DNA from: a virus
Taxonomy: Duplodnaviria; Caudoviricetes
Direction: 5' to 3' (one strand)
Virus record (IMG/VR): IMGVR_UViG_3300028887_000067
Coordinates: 32,001 to 96,000 of that record
DNA: 64,000 bases
Shown: piece by piece, positions 56,532-64,000 of the stretch
Layout of the letters: each line of letters starts with the position of its first letter
How positions within the stretch are numbered: position 1 is the first letter of the stretch
Notes under the pieces: model-generated
Databases searched by the model: none
Told to the model about the DNA's origin: nothing
What the model saw: only the letters and a program-made list of their open reading frames with translations
Made by a program: the position numbers and the translations under genes

Positions 56532-58475
56532 TTAGTTGATGTCGGAGTAGAGCTTGCTCGCGTCCTTCTTCTCGATGAGGAAGCATCCCCTCTTATTTCG
56601 GAACATCGCCTTCAGCATCACGCAACGGATACCGCCGAACAATGCCGAGAACAGGGTTCCGGGTTTAACTTCGCTCCGGCTGAACTTTGCTTGTTTTGGC
56701 ACGAGAATATAGTAAGGAACCGTGTCGTCGTTGTTACGTATTTCCTCAAGCAGCTCGGACTGGGTAAGTCCGTCGGAATACTTGGCATAGGTCCGGAACG
56801 ACTTGGTATAGTCGAGTACGTCGTAGAAGTTCTCAAGAAATTCCCTGGGCACGTCGACACTACCTTCGAACTCTGGGTCTACGCTGAAATACTTGATTGG
56901 GGTGACATTGATTGTGTCTTCCTGTTCGAGGTTATCAGTATCGACGCGTAGATAGTTCGGGACGCAGATGGTTCCTGGGTCGATGGCGAACTTCTTGAGC
57001 AGTTCAAGAGACGCTCCATAGATGGCGCTCCAGATTCCGCCGTAACGCTTCTTGGCCTCCTTGAGCATTGCCTTGATCTTCTTGAAAGTACGCTTGCGGT
57101 CGGCCTCGTCGTTGGTACGGAACAGGTGAACCATGGCCTCGCTACTGAAATTGAGGAATGGATAACCGAAGTCAGTAATGACCGGCGTGTTCCAGACGGA
57201 TACATTGACCTGTCGACCGAATCCCTTGGGCATTTTGAACACGAGCGGTGCTTTCGCCTGACCCTGCGGGGCCGGTGCGCTCTGTTGAACGGGCTGGGCT
57301 GGAGTAGGTTCTTCCGGGGATTTGCCTCCGTGGATGGCGTTCAGAGTGTCGAAATCCGCAGGGTCGTACGGAACAGGTTCCGAGGGTGTCTGAGTAGGCG
57401 TCGGTTCCTGCGTCTCGACAGGGGCCTTCGTAGCCTTGTTTTTAGGACGCACGGGTTTGGCTACGCCCTGTTTTGTTGTGGGCGCTTTGGGTGGTTCCTG
57501 AGGTGGAACGGGTTCTGGTGCCGTCGGCTTTTCGACTGGGGCTGGTACGGGCTCGGGTGCTTTAGGCGGTTCTGCAGGAGCGGGCGTAGGAACTGGCTCG
57601 GGCGCTTTCGGCTTCTCAACCGGTGTTGGTACGGGCTCGGTCACCTTCGGCTTTTCTACAGGGGTTGGTGCAGGTTCAGTTGCCTTCGGCTTCTCAACCG
57701 GGGTTGGAGCAGGCTCAGGTGCCTTCGGCTTCTCAACCGGTGTTGGAGCAGGCTCAGGTGCCTTCGGCTTCTCAACCGGGGTTGGAGCAGGCTCGGGTGC
57801 CTTCGGCTTCTCAACCGGGGCTGGGACAGGCTCAGGTGCCTTTGGCTCTTCGACCGGGGTTGGAGCAGGCTTGGGTGCCGTCGGCTCTTCGACCGGGGCT
57901 GGCGTGGGCTCTTGTGCTTTCGTCGGTTCTGCGGGAGCAGGTTCCGGTGTGTTTTTAGGTTCGACCGTGGAGTTCGGCATCACGACCGGATCCGCCTTTA
58001 CGAAATCTCCCTTTGCCGGTTGGCCGGCTTTTTTCCCGGTAGGAGCCTTGAAGTCGTTAATCCCAAGTTTTCCTTCCCCGCCGTTGGCTACATTCTTGAA
58101 GGAATCCCAATCGATGTTCTCGATGTTGTATTCCTTGTTGGTCAACAGGAGGGTGAGAATGGACTTGCTGTCCTGTTTGCTCTTGCCGATGATATGGGCA
58201 AGCGTCGCTGCGTTCGCGACTTGGCGGATAACGGCTTCGTCGCCGGCTGAGGGATCGACCCGCTTTTCCATAATGAACGCAAGGTTATTGATAAGGAACA
58301 GGGGAAGGCAGATGTTCCTGACTTCCTCGTCACCTTTTGTCCTCTGCGAGTTCAAACCAACTACTTCGCTGGAGTCGAGCCCCAGTTTTGCGAGAATCGA
58401 CTTGATGTCGGCTTCGAGTTGCTTGCGTGCGTCGCTTCCGACCGTCTTGAGTTGGGCAAAGAGTTTCTTATCCAT
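56532..58475 (-). CDS. Late protein with long Pro-rich repeat linker (647 aa)
   Basis: ORF with TATAAACT at 58502-58509. Confidence 0.7.
   Translation of the reverse strand: MDKKLFAQLKTVGSDARKQLEADIKSILAKLGLDSSEVVGLNSQRTKGDEEVRNICLPLFLINNLAFIMEKRVDPSAGDEAVIRQVANAATLAHIIGKSKQDSKSILTLLLTNKEYNIENIDWDSFKNVANGGEGKLGINDFKAPTGKKAGQPAKGDFVKADPVVMPNSTVEPKNTPEPAPAEPTKAQEPTPAPVEEPTAPKPAPTPVEEPKAPEPVPAPVEKPKAPEPAPTPVEKPKAPEPAPTPVEKPKAPEPAPTPVEKPKATEPAPTPVEKPKVTEPVPTPVEKPKAPEPVPTPAPAEPPKAPEPVPAPVEKPTAPEPVPPQEPPKAPTTKQGVAKPVRPKNKATKAPVETQEPTPTQTPSEPVPYDPADFDTLNAIHGGKSPEEPTPAQPVQQSAPAPQGQAKAPLVFKMPKGFGRQVNVSVWNTPVITDFGYPFLNFSSEAMVHLFRTNDEADRKRTFKKIKAMLKEAKKRYGGIWSAIYGASLELLKKFAIDPGTICVPNYLRVDTDNLEQEDTINVTPIKYFSVDPEFEGSVDVPREFLENFYDVLDYTKSFRTYAKYSDGLTQSELLEEIRNNDDTVPYYILVPKQAKFSRSEVKPGTLFSALFGGIRCVMLKAMFRNKRGCFLIEKKDASKLYSDIN
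57480..57945 (-). repeat. 39-bp coding tandem repeat (PAPTPVEKPKAPE), about 11-12 degenerate copies
   Basis: Direct repeats such as GCCTTCGGCTTCTCAACCGG...GGAGCAGGCTC, with no spacers. Confidence 0.9.
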
Positions 58476-58501
58476 GTATACGATGCCGTTGATTTACGTG
58501 T

Positions 58502-58548
58502 AGTTTATAATTTTGTCGGGATGTCAAGGTTCGTGGACATTATAAACT
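58502..58548. promoter_or_regulatory. Divergent late promoters TATAAACT (-, 58502-58509; +, 58541-58548)
   Basis: Each lies 27 nt from an ATG. Confidence 0.75.
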
Positions 58549-58574
58549 ACGGGTAAGTTTTTGATGGTTGGTAT

Positions 58575-61500
58575 ATGAATCGTCCGTTAATTGAGGCATG
58601 GGACTTGAATACGATCAACGTGATGTTCCGTAACGCGTACGAACAGTTGATGAATGTCATTGGTGTCGGAAAGCTCGATGACGAGTCTCGACCGAGCGCC
58701 TATGCCCAAATTAGCTCGAAGACTATGGTCGGTGCAATTCTCGACCAGGTCGCCGCTCAAGTAGACTTTGCCAAATATAGTGGTGCAGTCCGTTATGCCG
58801 ACAGCACTTATATGTCCCGTAGAATCATATACCTTGTCGCCTGTATGATCCCTGCGGTTGCCGAATACTTTGCCAACCTGTTCGGCTCCATTGCATCTGA
58901 ATATCGTGGCGATGACCGAGCCAAGGCAGTTTTCGCGAGAAATTGGTTTGTGCAGCTTGCGGAAACCGCCCGTGTTCAAGACCGAGACAACCCTCTTTGC
59001 CAAGCTGCGGACGTGTTCGCGAAGTCTATGTACGACACTGTCAAGACCGGCGTCAAGTCCCGCCGGCAGACTGCTGTTGATGACGACAATACGGCAAATG
59101 CTGAAGTGACTAAAATTCTTGATGGGCTCACTGCCGACATGAATGAAACTCGTAACATGGTTTACGACATTCTTAGGGCCGTAGACCTTTCTCCCGATTC
59201 GGTATCGTCCGACCGAGTGAGCAAGGTCGTGTGGGTCATCTATACGCTTAAAGTTCTTGAAGCATACAAGGAAACCACATATAAGCAAAACAATCGCCGT
59301 ATTGATACATATAGCGGTATATTGTCGCACGCGCTTTTGTCTGAACCCGGAATATCGGGTGTCGCCGGTTCTGACTATGTACTGAAGTCGTTCCAAAACG
59401 ACACTGACGTAACCAATCAGCACGCGACGCTGTCCGATACTACCCGGTTTACCGCGAAGACCGTTGTGAAGCTGTTTGTCGGAAACTTTTCCAAGATGGT
59501 CGCACTATACCCGGCGTCGGCCAGTACTGGTTTTTCCGGACGTCCTGATAGGGTCAGTCGTAACGATATAATGAATGCCGTACAACTGATTTTTAACCAT
59601 CTCAGCCCGCGTATCAAGAAGGAACAAGTCACCCCCGAGTTCGTTGATAACTACATCCGTGATACCTTGTCACTGGATACGAGGCTCGCTCTTAACGTCC
59701 ACGACAAGATTACCGAGTATATGTTTGAAGGCGGCGCAAATGGCTTGAAGGAAACATTGACTGCTCAATACAAGAGTTCCGCCTATGCTGACCGAATCAT
59801 CAATGAGGTCGCTAGTTGCTTGATTTTTGTTGGCGACGACCAGGTGCTTGGACACCCGTATATGCCGGAAGAAATTTATTGCTTTGGTGAGCAGGGCTCC
59901 AACGACCGTGTCAAGACCAGCGGTCTTACGACTATCGGTGAACAAGTTGCAATTATTATGGTTCCGGATGGCGAATCTGTTCATGTGCATCAGATTAATC
60001 CGAGAACGAAATTTATGTCTGACGACGGGATTGGCGATAACTTCGGCGCCGAAGATATCGTCAGCTATGACGAAATCAAGGCAAAAGGCGATTCCTATGT
60101 GTCGCCTATCCTGGTACTTCTCCCAATTTCTGAGAGCATCTATGGCTGGTGTGCGCTTTCCGGCATTCAGGCTTTCTCGAAACTTGAGGGTGATGATTTT
60201 CAGGATGCTCGCGAAATCAACCCGGTGAACACCGAGATGGAACGTCGTATCGCCGCAAGCAAGCCGATTAACTTGGCTATATACGGCGGTAAGGGTGATG
60301 TCCGAATTGACCACTATGCGCAGAACAGCTCGACGCCGGACAAGTATGCGATGCGTAGTATTGTAGCGAGTTTGAATACCGAGGATATGCGAAGGAAAAT
60401 GGTCCGTACTGGACTTGCTTCTCCTAGCGATTCGGATCAAGATTATGTTGACAAAGCAGCGACCGTCATCAAAATGTGCAATGCGGTCGACAAGGCGGCT
60501 GGCGACGGCGCCGGGAAGAATATGGGTCAGAAGCTGACCGATATAGCGGCTATCGCTAAGGAATATACCGGCGCTGTAAACCAGTATATCAGTGATTGTC
60601 CGGCTGTAATGGAACGAGGCCTTGCTAACATTGTGCAGCAAAAGGTTTACTCGGTTGGACCGACTATTTCCCAGATGATTACGTTTGGGGATATTGCCGT
60701 TCGTGCCTCCGTTGCTCGATTTGCCTGCGAGTTGATGAAGGACGAGGATTCCGACACCTCGGGTCAAATTGATATGGCTATCCGCTTTCTGTTCAATGCG
60801 GTTGCTGTTGCCGATTATCTGAAGGGCAAATACAAGACCGGTGAAGAAATCGCCAAGAATCAAAAGGCTCTTGGACATGTGAAGACCTTTATGGAGCAAT
60901 ACGGGCAGTTTGTCCGTTGGGCGTCCGAGAATGTTCCTGAACTCAAATCGGAATTGAAGACGATTGACGAGGCCGTTGAATACGGAAATACTGATGACGC
61001 GATTAAGTTGCTTGTGGATCCTACTAGCGTTCAGCGTTGGACGTCATGGATATCGAAGTGCTATGGGTATGCCGTATCGAAATCCGGCGGGATGCAGAAT
61101 CAGGTCTATGCCGAGCTCATTAAGAATATTGAACACTTGTTGAACTCTTGGTCCGGGGTGGTCAACTCGATTAAAACACGTGGATTGACTACGGCGGATA
61201 TAGGCCAGGTGCGCAATATTCTCGTGAACCTTTCCGGCAATCAGGGCGGGTTTACAAAGTTTAATGAAATGTATACGCCGACGCAGCTGTTGATTACGTT
61301 GCGTAAGATTGGCCATATTAACACGGCCGAGGAGGAAACTGTCGATACTCAGGAAATGAACCTGAACAACATCGACCTTTCCGATACCCGCGAGGCCGCG
61401 CCCGTATCCGTGTTTGATCCGGAAAATAAGAACGCGCTTGACCTTGAGCTTGCTAATCGTCAGATTACCGGTGATTCCGGTACCGAGTTGTACACGGGTC

Positions 61501-64000
61501 AGGATGAAAAACCAGACAACATGGCCGGCTTCCGTGCCCAAATGGATGATGAATCCGTGAAGGATGTGGACAAGCTGCTTCTCGGAATGTCCCATATCGG
61601 TGGCCTTGTTGCCCAAGAAAATGATTACAAAGACTTGTTCTACGAAATTAAGTCTATGGCATCTGAAGATGGCATCGGCGTAACTGCCAACGCGCAGAAT
61701 GCCAATGTCGAGGCAATCAAGCGCAAGCTTGCCGAAATTTCTACCGAACTGCAACGGGCTCGCGATATTACTGGAAAGTTCGTTGAAAAGAACGTGCTGA
61801 CTCAGACCGTTTATAGAGTTGTCAGCAATAAGATGATGTCCGTCGACGATATCAAGCGTGCCGAGGGGATTTTCGATACGGCCAACGATATCGCAGTCGA
61901 CCTTGTCGACGAGCGCAACGGAGTGGTTAATGCGTACACCAAGGACGACACTTCGACCATTGCGCAGCTCTTGAGTGTGCTCGGCGCTTCGGCGTTCTCT
62001 CCGGACTTCATCGATATGGGCGAACTCTCGTCAATGCTTGGTAGCCTCAGACAGTATGTTGCTCACGCGAGTGGAAACCCCGCTTCCGTCAAGGCTATTG
62101 ATTACGCCGTTAAGGAAGTTTCCCAATATTCCGACTCGCAGAATAATTCCGTGGAGACTAACGCGGACCTGTTCGTCGTTCTGGCGAAGCTGATGAATTC
62201 GATTGGCCGTCTTGTGAAGAGTGATGCCAATGACAACGCCAGCTATCTCAATTCCGTCAAGGGACTGCATTATGATAGGCCGTCGAGCTTCAAGAAGGTG
62301 GAGAAGGGTGACCTGCGCGGTCTTGACCTTGACAACCCGATTGACGCGTTTGCTCGTGCCAGAATCCGCCCGCTGTCCTTGAAGAACACCGGCGAGGTTA
62401 CTGATACGGAGCGACTCGAGGCTAATATGTACGTCGATAGCGTCTTCGACGCGATGAAGGAAAATCCGACGCTTGCCAAGTACGCGTATGCTTTGGGCAA
62501 GGCGATGGCCGAGTTCGGTCGTAGCGTGGTTTCTGACGACGACAGATTTTCGACCAATGAGCGCCTTAACCGTCAGTTCAACTCAATCTACAAGAGCGTG
62601 GTCGATAAGAACATGCTTTACGGCGATATCGCCAAGACACTACCACAGCGGATTGTTCTCAATGCGATTATCGACGACGAACGCCTTGGCGACAAGACGT
62701 ACAAGCGTACCCGCCAGACTGTCGAGAATATGACCGACAACTCCAACCTCCAGCTGCTTGACACGTCGTTCAAGTCGGTCGGTCAGGGAAAGGCCCATCG
62801 CCTTGCCGGAAACCCGCTTTATCGCAAGACCTCCGACTACTCGATGTCTTATGCCAAGGGTGACGGTGAGCTGGTCCAGGCCGGCCGTGGCCAGTACCTT
62901 GACGATGAAGGCAAGGAGGAAATTATTTCATCGTGGTTCAACCCTGATAACCCGACTAGCTCCACGAATATTATCGACCGCGTGAAGTCGGCCCGTCAGT
63001 ATGTATGCGGCGTTATTGCCGATCGAATCGGAACGCTGGACGAGTTCTCCGACGAGGTCAACCTTACTAACGGCAAGACTTCCGATGAGCTCAAGGCGGC
63101 GGTACGTTCGATTCATGCGCTCGCATCTGACCTTGATACGCCTATCGCCGATGTCATTGTCGCGACGACCTCCCTTGGCCAGAAGAATGCACGAAAGGCC
63201 TTGCTGGTGAATGCCCGCGAAGCGCTGACTAGCGGACGTGAGGATTATAGCGTTGACGATATGGCCGTGGTTGCCAATGAGATTAACGTGTTCCCGCAAA
63301 GACTCTCGTCCATTGTATCTTATGTCGATACCGACTGGGTCGATGGTATGACACGCCTCGTATCGGCCATTCCTGAACAGATGAGCGTGGCCGATGTTGT
63401 GGGCGCGGTCAATATGTATTGTGGTTCGCTTTCACAACGGCAGAAGATGATGGCCGACGAGAATACAAAGGTTATGTACCGGATTCTCGCTAACCTGCAG
63501 AGCATGAGTTCCGAACAGGGTGTTCCCATCGGATATTTCGGCGATAACCGTTATGAGGCCAATCAGAACCTGAAGAGCCTGTTCAAGGTTATCTGCTCGT
63601 TCAAGACGGCGGACAATACTTGGGATGATGTTGCCGAACGTATCGGTGCGATAATGAGCGAAAGTGTCGAGCGGGGTGACCGTACTCGTAAGGTTGATGG
63701 GGGCCCGACCCCGTCCCAGCCCGCTCGCGAGCGTATAGCCCATCTCCGTATGAACCCGTACTACTCTTATCGTACAACCGGGGATACTCAGGAAAACTTC
63801 GACGAGGTTCAGCGCATACTGGTCAATTCCGGTTATGCCAAGCCGAGTAAGTCGGGCCATTCCGTCAAGTTGCCGTATGACGGCGTGGTCATTGACAAGA
63901 ATACGTTCCGTTACTGGGTTGGCGCCATCGCATCCGACTTCGAAAAGAACCACATCGAGATTGATGATGAGGTCGCCGGTGACGTATTCGGATATATGGA
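58575..64000 (+). CDS. Giant late protein, >1800 aa, runs off right end (missing from ORF track)
   Basis: ATG 58575 reads MNRPLIEAWDLNTINVMFRNAYEQ...; frame open in all lines I translated, at start and end; the track lists no terminated ORF in this frame. Confidence 0.85.
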   Translation, partial: MNRPLIEAWDLNTINVMFRNAYEQLMNVIGVGKLDDESRPSAYAQISSKTMVGAILDQVAAQVDFAKYSGAVRYADSTYMSRRIIYLVACMIPAVAEYFANLFGSIASEYRGDDRAKAVFARNWFVQLAETARVQDRDNPLCQAADVFAKSMYDTVKTGVKSRRQTAVDDDNTANAEVTKILDGLTADMNETRNMVYDILRAVDLSPDSVSSDRVSKVVWVIYTLKVLEAYKETTYKQNNRRIDTYSGILSHALLSEPGISGVAGSDYVLKSFQNDTDVTNQHATLSDTTRFTAKTVVKLFVGNFSKMVALYPASASTGFSGRPDRVSRNDIMNAVQLIFNHLSPRIKKEQVTPEFVDNYIRDTLSLDTRLALNVHDKITEYMFEGGANGLKETLTAQYKSSAYADRIINEVASCLIFVGDDQVLGHPYMPEEIYCFGEQGSNDRVKTSGLTTIGEQVAIIMVPDGESVHVHQINPRTKFMSDDGIGDNFGAEDIVSYDEIKAKGDSYVSPILVLLPISESIYGWCALSGIQAFSKLEGDDFQDAREINPVNTEMERRIAASKPINLAIYGGKGDVRIDHYAQNSSTPDKYAMRSIVASLNTEDMRRKMVRTGLASPSDSDQDYVDKAATVIKMCNAVDKAAGDGAGKNMGQKLTDIAAIAKEYTGAVNQYISDCPAVMERGLANIVQQKVYSVGPTISQMITFGDIAVRASVARFACELMKDEDSDTSGQIDMAIRFLFNAVAVADYLKGKYKTGEEIAKNQKALGHVKTFMEQYGQFVRWASENVPELKSELKTIDEAVEYGNTDDAIKLLVDPTSVQRWTSWISKCYGYAVSKSGGMQNQVYAELIKNIEHLLNSWSGVVNSIKTRGLTTADIGQVRNILVNLSGNQGGFTKFNEMYTPTQLLITLRKIGHINTAEEETVDTQEMNLNNIDLSDTREAAPVSVFDPENKNALDLELANRQITGDSGTELYTGQDEKPDNMAGFRAQMDDESVKDVDKLLLGMSHIGGLVAQENDYKDLFYEIKSMASEDGIGVTANAQNANVEAIKRKLAEISTELQRARDITGKFVEKNVLTQTVYRVVSNKMMSVDDIKRAEGIFDTANDIAVDLVDERNGVVNAYTKDDTSTIAQLLSVLGASAFSPDFIDMGELSSMLGSLRQYVAHASGNPASVKAIDYAVKEVSQYSDSQNNSVETNADLFVVLAKLMNSIGRLVKSDANDNASYLNSVKGLHYDRPSSFKKVEKGDLRGLDLDNPIDAFARARIRPLSLKNTGEVTDTERLEANMYVDSVFDAMKENPTLAKYAYALGKAMAEFGRSVVSDDDRFSTNERLNRQFNSIYKSVVDKNMLYGDIAKTLPQRIVLNAIIDDERLGDKTYKRTRQTVENMTDNSNLQLLDTSFKSVGQGKAHRLAGNPLYRKTSDYSMSYAKGDGELVQAGRGQYLDDEGKEEIISSWFNPDNPTSSTNIIDRVKSARQYVCGVIADRIGTLDEFSDEVNLTNGKTSDELKAAVRSIHALASDLDTPIADVIVATTSLGQKNARKALLVNAREALTSGREDYSVDDMAVVANEINVFPQRLSSIVSYVDTDWVDGMTRLVSAIPEQMSVADVVGAVNMYCGSLSQRQKMMADENTKVMYRILANLQSMSSEQGVPIGYFGDNRYEANQNLKSLFKVICSFKTADNTWDDVAERIGAIMSESVERGDRTRKVDGGPTPSQPARERIAHLRMNPYYSYRTTGDTQENFDEVQRILVNSGYAKPSKSGHSVKLPYDGVVIDKNTFRYWVGAIASDFEKNHIEIDDEVAGDVFGYM

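Noticed and set aside
57480-57945. 39-bp repeats as a CRISPR array
   Set aside because: Head-to-tail with no unique spacers, in frame, with mostly synonymous variation; no cas genes in the window.
58575-64000. Giant ORF as a virion RNA polymerase
   Set aside because: No DxDGD or T7-like motifs spotted in the parts I read; the unseen C-terminus leaves this open.
1-64000. Stop-codon reassignment, introns/inteins, tRNA genes, diversity-generating retroelement, integrase
   Set aside because: Core genes are full length in the standard code and end in TAA, TAG or TGA; I recognised no cloverleaf, intein, reverse transcriptase or recombinase motifs. A tRNAscan/Infernal run would be needed to be sure.

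Overview
A 64-kb fragment of a large, deeply divergent T4-like myovirus genome (standard genetic code, mostly minus-strand genes). It carries recognisable but shuffled T4-type modules: baseplate (gp6, gp7-like), neck and tail terminator (gp13, gp14, gp15), head (gp20, gp21, gp22, gp23), late sigma factor gp55, and recombination/repair (gp46, RNase H, UvsW). It also carries a free-standing homing endonuclease and accessory genes (Hsp20, ferritin-like protein, 2H phosphoesterase, AAA ATPase operon, glycosyltransferase, endonuclease V). Three promoter classes can be read from the DNA: a late motif TATAAACT (17 sites; T4 uses TATAAATA), host sigma70-type TTG-N17-TAnnTT promoters, and a consensus sigma54 promoter in front of Hsp20. 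The strongest candidate for a new system is at about 51.5-53.3 kb. There, a structured, G-tract-rich intergenic region coincides with an apparent strand-composition switch and lies directly upstream of a wHTH + family-A-like (TV-Pol-type) polymerase, suggesting an origin plus initiator/primase module. A >1800-aa ORF missing from the ORF track runs off the right end. All protein calls come from motif recognition by eye; no database searches were run.
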